From contig JAQGDQ010000584.1 of the NCBI GenBank assembly GCA_030141605.1, forward strand, positions 71,674 through 135,673: 64,000 bases of DNA, given 5' to 3'. The notes under the pieces were generated by a model, which worked only from the letters and a program-made list of their open reading frames with translations, had not been told where the DNA came from and ran no database searches. Positions 12,145-24,802 of this stretch are shown in pieces; within the stretch, counting starts at the first letter, position 1; each line of letters opens with the position of its first letter. The position numbers were made by a program, and so were the translations under genes. The DNA comes from Tubiluchus corallicola. Taxonomy: Eukaryota > Animalia > Priapulida.

Positions 12145-12790
12145 CACTGGCGGCTCATAGCTAATTTTTTAGCCATTGTTTTAATAGTGTGTGAAACGAA
12201 ACAAACATAATATGTAATTTTAATGTTGTAAATTGTAATTGTCGTTTTAAACAAAGAAACATACGAAAATTTATACATAAACTTGATAAAATCCTAAATA
12301 AATATTGTTTGCTTACGAATAGCCTAAATTGTCGCCGTTCAAGAATATGCCGATGCACAGCTTTTAAGCACGTGACAACTGACAACTCGCATTACGTGAG
12401 TGACAGTACTCTTTCCACCTAAAGTACAGCATCTTATCTCAGACATGTATGCATGGCCGCATGCGCACAACAGCCAAACACCACGCTGCTTGAGCTGTGA
12501 AACACACAGTACTTCCCGGACCGCACAAGTATAGAGAAAAAGCCTTTATATTGAATATTACCCATATTATTAAGTGAAAATAGGGAGTGCTGCTGGCACC
12601 TATAAACGAGCTGCCACTGGTCATTACTGTATCTGAAATCACATAGTTCAATGTGCAAATACGGGGTGCGGCCATTCCACAGCACTTATGAAAGAGCTGC
12701 CACTGGTCATTACTGCATGTAGATCAACGTGAAAATAGGGGGTGCTGCTATTCCACAGTACCTATGAAAGAGCTGCCACTGGTCATTACT
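12145..12790. mobile_element. hAT-like MITE with triplicated right terminus
   Basis: cactggcggctc left end, TSD gtcataac/gtcattac; gagctgccactg-gtcattac occurs three times. Confidence 0.75.
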
Positions 12791-14185
12791 GCATGTAGAT
12801 CAATGTGAAAATTCGTTTCACTTTTTATGGTAAAACAGCTTGGCACTTGTAACAATCACTGATCAAATTCACAGCTTTGGAGAAGTAGCGGCCATGATTA
12901 CCATGGTTACCATGCATGGTAGCTGCCATGATTACAGGACTGCACCAAACAAGGACTGGGATTAACTGCTGTGTTTACCACTGAACTGCTGGTGGCGCCT
13001 CGTCACCTGGGGGTGGTTCGGCCCTGCAGGAACGGGGGAGGAACAGCCTAACAATTAAATACAGCAGAATTAAATAATGCTGGCGACTGTTGCTTGTTAA
13101 CTTAGAGATTTAAATATTGCAAGACCTAAACTAACTGAAACAAGATTTTATAGAAAATTGAAGAAAAGCAGGACAAAGAAATAAGCTAATAGAAACTGGT
13201 ACCTAGCTGTCCGTCTTGCTCCCCATATTTATTTTAGAAGTCTACCTGTCCTGCGTCTGTAATAGATATAATGGGATGATGGTATGAAGGAGTTCTGAAG
13301 GTAATTGCTAAGACACTAGAATACAGGTAGAATTCAAGTAGAATACAGGTGAGCTTTATTTACATAAATCATTAATAACACTATACATTGTTCTCTCAGT
13401 TTAAGTCACATGCTTACTCAATGATCTCTGAAAGTCAACTGCCCAGGTAAGTTCTTTCCATGAAGCAAGGAAGCCAGCAATTCAATGAAGGTAAATGTTA
13501 TGCATACTAGTTCAAGGATGAAAGTTTAGACTGTATATTTCTTGTGTAGGATTTTTAATGTTTTAACAAGAGAATCTAATAATATGACTAATGATAATAA
13601 TTAAGAACTAATAAAAAAATAAGATAAAGAAATCGTGACCTTCACGATAGATGGTGGTGGCGGCGGCAGCAGTGGTGTTAATGATGATGATGATGATGCT
13701 CATTATGACCAATTCACAACACAAAAAACTTTATAACCATAACAGAAAGATCATAACATATTAATATACAATGATAGGTTTATTAGAATATAGAAAATTT
13801 AATGTACACGAAAAAATACTTTGTAAATATGTTTTATAATACACGAGCAGTTACACACTTAGTTAAAACTTCTTGCTTAAAAATGAACAAATTAATTAAA
13901 AATGCAAAGGCAACCGAACGCAGACAACTAGTTACAACAAAACAGGAGAAACTGAACACAAGTTTAAACGAGATTACCCAAAATCCTTTGATAAAAACAT
14001 CGCGTCGTGCAGAAAAATTTTATGAAAAATTACGGAGAATAATTTTTAAATAATTAAAATTACATAATGATATTAGTTAATTAATGCAAGGGAAAAACGC
14101 GAAGAAATGCCCTAGTTAAAACAAGAATGAATACATCGCATTTTACCCAAAATATACAATAACAAAATACAGGCCTAGACAGGTA

Positions 14186-14617
14186 CACTCATATCTCGGT
14201 CTGCTGGACATTGCTTTCATGGTTATGGGAAGAATCGGACGAAATCTGGACCGTTAAAAGTCCCGCATAATGCGGACACAGTCCGTTGCTTCGCCAGCTG
14301 ACCGACAGTTGGCGGGCCGTCACTTTGTTTACATCATTACATCAGTGTAACTACGTGTATATCTCTATATATGTGTATATCTCTATATATAAAAATACAG
14401 AGTCGATTATGAGTAGTTATTTGAATCAACTGCCAACAGTTTTTATTTACTTTTGCACAGGCCCGTACTAACTGAGACAATTAGGTGATTGATTCTACAC
14501 TACCGTGAGTTTAATGTATGCCACCTTCTGTATTAGCTTAGTATCAGTAAATACGGACAATCGGCAAATTTGGACCGAAGTCTCCCCGCTTTTGTTCCGC
14601 AAACCGGGATATGAGTG
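14186..14617. mobile_element. Tc1/mariner-like MITE (second copy at 32964-33423)
   Basis: TA + cactcatatctcggt ... accgggatatgagtg + TA. Confidence 0.8.
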
Positions 14618-14721
14618 TATAGAAATAGAAAACAAACGATCATGCTATGCTTAGGTTATATAAGGCACACAGTTAATAGCAATGGATAAGTAAAAACATC
14701 TAAAATCTGGAAATTTACAAA

Positions 14722-14912
14722 TTACATTTCATCTCATATGTCAGAAGAGTTCACACAGAGCGGTTCAAAAAGAGTGCAACGATTTGGAATTTCCTATTCT
14801 CTAGATGGCAGCACTGCACATTTCATCTAATATGTCAGAAGAGTTCGCACAGAGAAGTTCAAAAAAGAGCGCAACGATTTGGAATTTCCTACTCTCTAGA
14901 TGGCAGCACTGC
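14722..14912. repeat. ~95-bp tandem duplication containing the CTCF-like motif ctctagatggcagcac
   Basis: Two near-identical copies. Confidence 0.75.
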
Positions 14913-15379
14913 TCGGTGAAGCATAAAACAGAGCAGTGTAACAGAACATTCTTTGGTTAACAATTTCAGCAATATATCATACATTAGTCAAATTTAAGCC
15001 CAGCAGAGAGCGGGTCACTCAATGCCATGGCTGCATGCATACATGCGAGATCAAAATGGAAAATATTATGATTAATTCTACACCTTATAACAGCTTTTAT
15101 ATAACAAGCCTTCAACTCATCAGTATGGAAAAACCTCGTCAAAACAAACGTTGATGTTGATGGAGTTCGGATACAGCGGACCATTGCTGCCGTCCGTTGT
15201 ATTCTAGTTACAACAGACAAATCTGCTCTAACGTTGATGTGGTAGAATGTCCTGGCATGCGGAATGGGACGTCGGGTTGGTGGGGCAATTTACTATGGCT
15301 CATGCGTGGCAATCAGAGCAAGATACTGCCTGGTGTATTACCCATTAACGCCCTCATATTACAACACATGATATAATAT

Positions 15380-15615
15380 AGGCGAGCCGACACGAACAAG
15401 AATCCAAGTCATAGATATAAAAAAAGACATAAAATATACTAAATTTGGAAACCGATGTCCAATACCAACAATTCCTTTTAGCGAAAATGAATTCAGTGAA
15501 AAAATCCAAGAGAATCCAAGTCATAGATAGAAAAATATACTAACTGTACGAGAATCGGTCATAGATATAAAATATACATTAATTATACTAAATTTGGATT
15601 GCAGGCCTCTATCAT
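15380..15615. repeat. Dispersed repeat, also at ~19785-20043
   Basis: Shared gaatccaagtcatagatataaaa subunits and tgcaggcctctatca terminus. Confidence 0.75.
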
Positions 15616-16430
15616 ACATGAGGGCGTAAATGGCTAATACACCAGGAGGTATCTCGCTCATAGCAAATTACCCCGCCAGCCAGACGTTCCAATATTGTAT
15701 ATTGTATATCGTACTTTATATTGTGTTTAACCCTCAGCCACCGGAAACATTTTACAGTTACAAGAAAAGCGGCAATGGGGTTTAATTGCACCCCGAGCAT
15801 AAACACAGAACAAACACTAGTGTATCACTTCTATAGGCTACTAAACTATGTCACGTCTTTGACTATTTTGTTGCATTGGTGTATGCTGTATTACGTCATT
15901 TACATGTCCACATGTATTAGGAAATTACAAAAACAAAATCTTCTGACGTTTTTATATAGCAAATAATGTTACTTTTTTGAATTAAACACCAGTTATCGAC
16001 GAATCATAATTTTGTAAAGCTAATAGGATGACGTACATAGATAATTGTTTCTGTTATCGCTTCTGTACTCCGTGGGCTTGGTTTATTTAAATTTTAAATG
16101 TTAACTAATGAATTACTAGTGTTAATGAACTGACTATCTATGTTTCTATATTCTTGATAACCAGTTGTATGTGTATCTGTTCTCAACTAAAATGTATTTG
16201 TTGCACAGTGGAAAAACTCTGATCAGTAATATTACTGCATGTCAATCCACTTAAAATAAATAAAGCTTATATAATATGACTTTACTTAATTATTTCAAGG
16301 CCTAACTTAGCCACAACAACGGTCAAATATTTACAATATTCCAAAGTCAAGTAACATGCACTATAAAAATATCTAGCATCTGTCTGCCTTCCGATTTTTG
16401 TCTACAGACATGAAATAACAGAGAAGTCAA

Positions 16431-17200
16431 GGGTTAATGAGTCTCTGATATGTTCATTTACGGTGGCCGAGGGTTAATGAGTCTTTGATATGTTCATTTA
16501 CGGTGGCCGAGGGTTAATGAGTCTTTGATAAGTTCATTTACGGTGGCCGAGGGTTAATGAATCTTTGATATGTTCATTTCCGGTGGCCGAGGGTTAATGA
16601 GTCTTTGATATGTTCATTTACGGTGGCCGAGGGTTAATGAGTCTCTGATATGTTCATTTCCGGTGGCCGAGGGTTAATGAATCTTTGATATGTTCATTTC
16701 CGGTGGCCGAGGGTTAATGAGTCTTTGATATGTTCATTTACGGTGGCCGAGGGTTAATGAGTCTTTGATATGTTCATTTCCGGTGGCCGAGGGTTAATGA
16801 ATCTTTGATATGTTCATTTACGGTGGCCGAGGGTTAATGAGTCTTTGATATATTCATTTACGGTGGCCGAGGGTTAACGAATCTTTGATATGTTCATTTC
16901 GGTGGCCGAGGGTTAATGAGTCTTTGATATATTCATTTACGGTGGCCGAGGGTTAACGAATCTTTGATATGTTCATTTCCGGTGGCCGAGGGTTAATGAA
17001 TCTTTGATATGTTCATTTCCGGTGGCCGAGGGTTAATGAATCTTTGATATGTTCATTTCCGGTGGCCGAGGGTTAATGAGTCTTTGATATGTTCATTTAC
17101 GGTGGCCGAGGGTTAATGAGTCTTTGATATATTCATTTCCGGTGGCCGAGGGTTAACGAATCTTTGATATGTTCATTTCCGGTGGCCGAGGGTTAATGAA
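16431..17200. repeat. Minisatellite, 40-bp unit (gggttaatgagtctttgatatgttcatttacggtggccga), ~19 copies
   Basis: Highly homogeneous tandem copies. Confidence 0.97.
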
Positions 17201-17440
17201 TCACCAATATGCTCAACAACTGTTTACTCGAGGAAGATGTGCCATTTACATGAACCCGGGTTACTGCAGACTAAACATTATCATGCGCTTAGTCTTTGGA
17301 CTACCATTCGCCTTATTAGTCCATCACAATGAGGTTTTACCATACCTATCATCCACTATTACTTACTAGAGCGGTACGAGCAATAAGTACATACGAGTAT
17401 ATCACAAGTTTTTAAGTTTTTTCAGGATTTAGGAAGGCAC

Positions 17441-17850
17441 AATAAACCTTTTCACAGTTTCGCTCAGCGCAAGCTGTAGCTGTAGTAGCAGTAAGTCAAA
17501 GGTTAAGTGTACCACGGCAATGCATCTTACTACAACTGTCACTTGACATGTGGGTAAAGCAAAGCCATGTGCCGCCTCAGTTCTGCAACGTCAGTTGTTT
17601 TAGTTGTTTACGCGGTCTTTACTTAATTATGCATTAGTCTGTGCATACGAGTCGTTTACTAGCTGAATCTTGCTCGAGAACAAGAAAAAATGAACTAGGT
17701 AAGGCTCTAGCTAGCTGTTAAAACTGTTACAATTACAACAGCATAGGCTGTGAGGCGTTGTCAAGTGTACACAAATGCGTTGTCTGGTACACTTAATCTT
17801 TGACCTTTTCATGATCATTATCAATAACTGGAACTGTGAAAAGGCTTATT
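17441..17850. mobile_element. TIR MITE of uncertain superfamily (Academ/Harbinger-like); copies at 55464-55856 and partial inverted at ~21154-21290
   Basis: TIR aataaaccttttcacagtt / aactgtgaaaaggcttatt; internal homology between copies. Confidence 0.75.
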
Positions 17851-17925
17851 ATAAAAAAAGTCTACCTCGAAAAGAGAAAACACAGCAGACAACGGATACC
17901 TTTGCCAACAGCAAACATGCTCACA

Positions 17926-18130
17926 TCACATTGTGGCATCGCTAGGATTTCTCATACCAGCGGTGACCAGTGGCTCCCCCTGGATGAACAGGCGAATGTC
18001 GCAACCGCTGATGGAAAATTCGATGTCCTTGCAGCGAACGAAGGTGTTGCCTTCCGGATGCTTCTGCTCACGATGCACCTGAAGGGACAGGTGTCTTGTA
18101 AACGCTTTCCCACACATTGCACATATGAAC
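17926..18130 (-). CDS. ZnF gene A terminal exon (FICAMCGKAFTRHLSLQVHREQKH...DATM*)
   Basis: tttgatttcag acceptor, one C2H2 finger, TGA stop. Confidence 0.85.
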
Positions 18131-21100
18131 CTGAAATCAAAGTATTTCAAGCCTGGTAAGTATTTACTCAAAACGTTTAAAGGAAAACACCTTGATTTTT
18201 CATATCCTGCCCAATTTTGAACTACGGTAAAGGTATACATATTAACACACATAATAATGCCAAAGCGTTTCTGATAATTGAATAATAGGTTAAAAACTCG
18301 ATTAATGACAGTCAAGCCCAAGTAGCATTGGCATCACAAGTGAACATAATTTTCAGCAGCACAAACATTCCACGTGCGTGTTGCACGTAGCAAAAATTGA
18401 AATGCAGTGCTATCTTACAACATTCAGTGTGATACACAAAAAATCGGCAAGTTTTAAGTTTAAAATTCAAATTTCAAGTCTACCATTGCACTCAAGCATC
18501 TTAAACAAGTGCACTACATCACAACTGAACACCTTTGAATCAAGAGGTACAGAACCTGTTTTTATTGTGCAACATGTTTCTAAGATGCATTGATAGTGCG
18601 CATCTAACTAGCGAATGGTGAAATGCATGTAACAATGAAGAACTAGGTTTCTGCAGTAATAATTCTTTCACGCAAGTCATTCGTGAAAAAAATAGTATCT
18701 TTCTTTTCAATATCCTATAGCTGAGAATGTTTTGAGCTACAGTTTAAGATTGGATTTGTTTTTCCTTCAACTACCGGACCATCTAAATAACAAAAATAAC
18801 GTTATTGAAAAACTGTGAACAACTCGGGGTTTGAACCAGGCTTGCAAAACTACACTAATGTAATGTAAAGTTTATTTATATAGCGCACTACATCATTTAA
18901 AATCTGAGCATCCTGAACAATAAAATACATTTAAAATTCACAAAAAACATCAAATTCAAACGACACTGAAAATTAAAAATAATTCATCATAGAAAGTACA
19001 ATTTAAACAAAGGTGTTTTAAGATGTTGTTTAAAACAATCTTTCAAACAAAGGTGTTTTAAGATGTCGTTTAAAACAATCTTTCAAACAAAGGTTTTTAA
19101 GATGTCGTTTAAAACAATCTTTTAAACAAAGGTGTTTTAAGATGTTGTTTAAAACAATCTTTCAAACAAAGGTGTTTTAAGATGTCGCTTAAAACAATCT
19201 TTCAAACAAAGGTGTTTTAAGATGTCGCTTAAAACAATCTTTCAAACAAAGGTGTTTTAAGATGTCGCTTAAAACAATCTTTCAAACAAAGGTGTTTTAA
19301 GATGTTGCTTAAAACAATCTAGAACAATGTAGCAACATGTAAATTATTCCAGAGACGTGAAGCACAGACAGAGAAAGCTTTTCCACCAGAGAATGCTGTT
19401 CTATGAATTGGCTGATGTAAATTAATTTATTCATTAGCATTAGAACGAAGCGTTCGGCCTACGTTACAGCGTACTAAAAGATCAGTAGTACTGTAACCAG
19501 TATTTTTGTGGGCAATTGGCAGTATTGCTTTTGTTCAACAACCGTTGCAGTAATTATGTATAAAACTAACACGTGTGAAATACAATAACAGATATTACAG
19601 CACTATCCCCTCAGTTCACACCTTTAACGTGGACATTACAAATCACTTAGGCATGTCAATAAACTTGTAAACACAGTAACATTACCACAAAAAGAGTATA
19701 AACATGAAATGACTACGAAAGCAGTGTAACGATTTGCCGAGGGACTCTCCCAAACAAAAAAGATTTTGTGTGAAAAAGCAAAAATATCGATGAACCGACA
19801 CAGACGAGAATTCAAGTCATAGATATAAAAATACACTAATTGTACGAGAATCCAAGTCATAGATATAAAAAAGACATAAATTATACTAAATTTGGAAACC
19901 GCTGTCCTATACCGGCAATTCCTATTAGCGAAAATAAATTTAGTGAAAAAATATCGATGAACCGACACAGACGAGAATCCAAGTCATAGATATAAAAAAA
20001 TACATTATTTATGCTAAATTTGGACTGCAGGCCTCTATCACAGTAGCGGGCACGATTACACATTTCTCATCGTAGACATCGACATAGACATTTTACTTAT
20101 TTCCTCATTTACACTAGAATACAAATAGGCTATAATAATTACTATAATTATTAATTAATCAGAATAAATTATGAATAAAGGAAAGAGTTAGGTGGGTGCA
20201 GGAGAAAGGGTAGCAAAAGACCAATTGGTCTTCAAGTCAGCTACCCTTTTCAGGTTTGTGTAAATTGTAAAAAAAATTGTATTTGTACTGCTACCTAAAC
20301 AGTTCCAGGCTGTAAACTTAAGAAGCCAATTTGACACAGTATATAAATGCAGCAGTCGCCATACCTGGTTTTGTGAGTCTTCACGTGACGCTGTAACTTG
20401 GCTTCATCTGCGAATGCCACGCCGCACTCTTTACATTTGCTCATCGTCTTGACGGTGGCGAGTTGCTGGTGCTCCATACGGTGCTGGTGGAGCTCCTTCC
20501 GGGAGAAGAAGAGCTGCTCGCACACCTCACAGCAGTGATGTCCGTTTGATGACTGGTGATACTGCAGGGCCGTCAGCGACGGATACGGTATGTTGCAGAC
20601 CGGACAGAAGTACTTCTGGCTCTGACCTCGTGGTTCCACCATGGCCGACGGCGCCGTGTCCGGACGCATGCTGAGATCTAGCGCCTGGACGAGTAGCGGT
20701 GCAGAATACATGGGCGAAGAAAGAGGCGCGATCGGACTAGGCTGAATCGCTAGTGGGAGTGGAGCGCCTAGAGAAGCGGGAACCAAAGGAGGCGGAATGG
20801 GAGGAACGGTCGCTGGGGGAGGTTCGGCAGACCTTTCGAATTTCTGGGGATGAGAATTCTTTCGTCGCTCCTTTGCCACACGAGGTAGAATCTGAGGAAG
20901 GCTGAAGTTTCGTTTCTCCGCAACTGGGTTATCCTCCGATGGAGGTTCCGGTGTGGAAGGGGCAAGTTCCATAGCCTCCTCCTCGCTTCTCTGAATGGTT
21001 TCGTCTATCGCTTGCTCAATATGTTCCATTGGAGCTAAAAAAACAACATTTTTAAATAATTAGGTGATACAGAAAGAAGAACATCAGAACAAAGAATTTA

Positions 21101-23926
21101 GAAAATAGTTTTCATAAGACGATATTTTTACAGGAATTTGGAATCCAACAACAATAAGCCTTTTCACAGTTCCAGAAACTGATGATGACCGTTAAAAGGT
21201 CAAAGCTTAAGTGTACCACTCAACACATTTATGTACACTTGACAATGTCTCTCAGTCCATGCTGTTGTAATAGTAACAGTTTTAGCCACTCCACTAGAGG
21301 ATATATTCCCACACAAAACTGAAGGGTAAAAGATTGTCCAGGAAAAATCAATAACCCTATAACAGAACTTTTATGTCCTAATGAAAATAAACACTTCTGA
21401 CTGGAGCTACTTTAAGAGAAAACTCAGACAGTTTAGAGTAAGACTGTGAAGTTAAGCAATAGATTACCGGGATTGACAGCATGAGGTTTGGAGTTTTCCA
21501 TGTCAAAGTCAAACGTTGAGTGCAACTCATGGTAACTTGCCAGATTCTTGCAGACGTACGTCGTCATGTTGCAAACGTCGCACTTTGATATTCCCGTGTT
21601 AATAACGTCTTTTGCTAACCTACAATGCAAAAACGTGAGTCAAATTCAAATTCAGTTTATTTCTCCAGTAAACTACAATTACAAATACCAGTAAACTACA
21701 ATTACAAATACCAGTAAACTACAATTACAAATACGAGTAAACTACAATAACAAATACACGAACAAATTATAATGGAAAAAACAAAAATAAATTTAATTTA
21801 ATGAACGTACATTTGTGACACACTAAACGCACTGTACTGTTGAAGTTTGCTACATGGCAGCTGCGCCGGAGACCTTGTTATGCCTCCATGAAATGTGAAA
21901 TGAAGAAAGAAGAATGAAGAATATGAGAAAAGAGAGCCTTTGAGACTGGAGAATAAAAAGAGCTATGTAACAGATCGCTGAAGAAAGACAAAATGGCACA
22001 AGTAGAAAGGAAAACAATGACCATATTGAGATAAGCATGTGGCAGACAATATGTTACTAGATGCTATTCAAATGGTAATTTTCATCAAGGAACTTCAAGA
22101 GTAAACATTTTATTGACAAAAAGATACCTCTGAAATCAGAAGAAACAATGTAAAGGATAAACATCAGTCACAAGTATGTCATCTCAGAAGGAAGTGTAGA
22201 AATAGTTAAAAATGTTTTGACAGGTCGGAAACTGAAGCATCTGTATAAATCAACACCTGACCAAGTGACATGGCTTAACTGAATTTCAAATGTTTTTAGG
22301 CCTGCTCTTGATTCGTATGGCGACACTACCACAAGCCTGATTTAAGAAAAGTTATGTAGCAATGTCTCCTGAACGTACAGAACAGAACTCAAATAACGAA
22401 AAATTTGGAAAGCACTTCAGGTTTTCATGTTGTTACATTCGGTTTTTTGGTCAAATCTGATTGCCCTGCCCTCCAGCTAGCAGTACTGAAAGTTGTAACA
22501 CAATTATGAAATAAAGACAGTCTGATTTCTTCACCAGCATGTTACTTGGCACTTTGCAAAAAAGTTTCTTATTTCTGACCACTGAGGCTTATACCTTTAA
22601 ACACGGCAAGAGGTCAAAGGTCACCAAGTTGCTACCCGTCCCACTCAAAAGATCACAGACCTGTGAGTTTCTTGAGGTTAATTTGTGCAGTTTGGGAATT
22701 TTAACTAACACCTGAGTGGGGCAAAATAACCAAAAATGGAACAACAATATTATACAATTTTGCTACAGCCATGAACTTTACAGTCAGTCTGATAATTTAT
22801 TTACGATTACAACGCCAGAGTGAGTAGACTATAGTCAAACCTCTTTGTACCGCGAAGTTTGGGACTGCGGAAGAAGGCGGTGTCAAGTGAATTTCACATT
22901 ACAACAAGGTGCATTAATACGTTACATCTCTACGCAAATACACTACCTATTTGGCTTCTGCTAACTACTTAATTAGTGCATGATAGGCTCTGCCTACATA
23001 AATTGGTTGCATGTTTGTAAATTTACCACCGACGACGACAGCGCCAGCCAATCGAAACGTTTGGCATGATCTTAACTTTTTAACGTAAAGTTTTAAGAAA
23101 GTTGTGTTGTTTTTAACTATAAACATTTTGTCTTGTCAAAAACCTGGATGCTGAGTGAGTCTAGCATTATAAAGGGGGGCATTATAGCAAGGTTTGACTG
23201 TGATTATTTATGAGATTTGATAAAATGAAAGGGTTAAAAAGTTGAACACCAACCAAGAGATGCTACAGGACTAGTCAACAAAAATTTAGAATAGTACGTG
23301 TATCTCTATGTCGTTCCATAAGACATTATGTTACAACAAATAACTGTTACAACAACACTTAGCAAAAAGATATTGTCTAAAACTGACAAGAATCATGACT
23401 GCATCATACAACATGCAGAAAAATAAAAGCTTTGTACCTTTCTAGAAGAAAATCAACTTCTATCCATCATAGAGAATCAGTTTAAAAATACAATCATAAA
23501 AAGTTCAGATTAGTTTTTGATTACAATAACAAATACTTTATAGTAAGATATCATTGATCATTGTCGGAGTTGAAAATAATATTCAAAACACATAGAATAC
23601 AATGTTAAAATGGGAGGGAAAGCCAATTGCTCTAAGCAGTTTTGCAAGATGTTTTGACGGAAGGGCTCACGAACGGCCACGTTTAACAATTTCTTCCAGT
23701 GGCTTCATTTGACTGTTTACTTCAATGAACATGTATACGCATCTGCTGGTTCGGTGGCTCATGTTAAGCGTGACTCCATGTGTATCAAAGGCACACAAAT
23801 GCACAACACAAACACAACAACTTCTTACTGTTTCCGCATGTATGTAATGTGCAATGCATTCTTCAAATTCATCGAAACGTGTTCGCTATCATCCACATCC
23901 GTGTTACGCAGCAATCCGCAGGCCAT
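17926..23926 (-). CDS. C2H2 zinc-finger transcription factor (~374 aa; 4 canonical fingers, 1 atypical finger, Pro-rich region, ALDLS CtBP-type motif)
   Basis: Exons 23829-23926 (ATG preceded by an in-frame stop), 21468-21619, 20365-21034 and 17926-18130 sum to 1125 nt in frame. Fingers: CPVC..HQSSNGH, CEVC..HRMEH, CKEC..HVKTH, CAMC..HREQKH. The start exon is less certain. Confidence 0.78.
18857..19500 (-). mobile_element. L2/CR1-group LINE 3' fragment
   Basis: Decayed ORF2 end RTLRS...GGKAFSVCASRLWNNL...FKQHLKTPLF; 3' tail gcgctatataaataaac(ttaca)n. Confidence 0.78.
19004..19320. repeat. Minisatellite, 40-bp unit, ~8 copies, inside the LINE fragment
   Basis: tttcaaacaaaggtgttttaagatgtcgtttaaaacaatc repeated. 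Confidence 0.93.
20365..21034 (-). CDS. ZnF gene A large exon (Pro-rich region, ALDLS, three C2H2 fingers)
   Basis: Lies within the 244-aa ORF; ttttttag acceptor, gtatgg donor. Confidence 0.9.
21468..21619 (-). CDS. ZnF gene A exon with atypical finger (CDVCNMTTYVCKNLASYHELH)
   Basis: cattgtag acceptor, gtaatc donor, phase 2 to 1. Confidence 0.78.
23829..23926 (-). CDS. ZnF gene A putative first coding exon (MACGLLRNTDVDDSEHVSMNLKNALHITYMRK)
   Basis: gtaaga donor in phase 2, matching the next exon; upstream in-frame TGA. Confidence 0.55.
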
Positions 23927-24260
23927 AAGCAGCTGTTGCACAGATCATTTAGGAACTTTCCTGTTTCCTGTGACAACTTTACTGCACTTTCTTTTCTGTC
24001 TGATAAAATCTAAGCTAACGACATCACTGTACTTTGTCTCGATCACCGCGGCGCAATTTTGGCAGCAATTTCACACAAACAGCAACCAAACAGCACAAAG
24101 CATAACACGGTATTTTTTAATACTCAAAAAAAATAGTCGATATGCATTACATGGAGTCTAGCTTTAATACCTGTCACAAAATAATGCATTAGTAAGCTGC
24201 TGATTCCTACTTGAACCGTACTTAAAAATAGTATAGACTGCAAAGAAAACAGCATCTTAA

Positions 24261-24802
24261 AGGAAAACCGGATGATTGTGTAAACATTAGTTCAGAATAA
24301 GCAATGCTCTAAAATATTGAAAACTACGATAGCTTTTTGTAAATCAAAGTTTAGATTAAAATAATAATTACCTCAGATACTCAAATTTCGTTAAACTTTC
24401 AAAGCTACACGCAGCTCGGTGAATCTACTAAGATTGGCAAGAGCACTTTTTGTCACATTCGCGTGGCCGACAAATAGAAGACGGTACCGTGATAACCATG
24501 ATCAGGAACTGCAGTGTTAGTTTCTGTTGTCATATGACGTAGAGTCCATTTTCGTGACATTATGCGTCTAAGCAGTAACACTTACGCAAACATGCTTGAC
24601 GCACAAAGGGAGACGCCCGCCATTGCATAAACTGTAATTAGTTTCTGACGTAACCAATAACTGTGTTTGGTTGCTGTCAATTAACTTTCTAAGTTAAATA
24701 TTCAAACATAAGAAAGAATTGCTAACTTTTATAGGCAAGAAAATGTACATTTTGAACAGTAAATTAAATGAGATTGAGTCTAAACAATCGTCTGGTTTTC
24801 CT
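24261..24802. mobile_element. Kolobok-like non-autonomous DNA transposon
   Basis: TTAA-aggaaaaccgga...tctggttttcct-TTAA. Confidence 0.82.

Noticed and set aside
16431-17200. CRISPR-like appearance of regular 40-bp repeats (also 29539-31034 and 1514-2101)
   Set aside because: Units are head-to-tail with no unique spacers, there are no cas genes and the context is eukaryotic; these are minisatellites.
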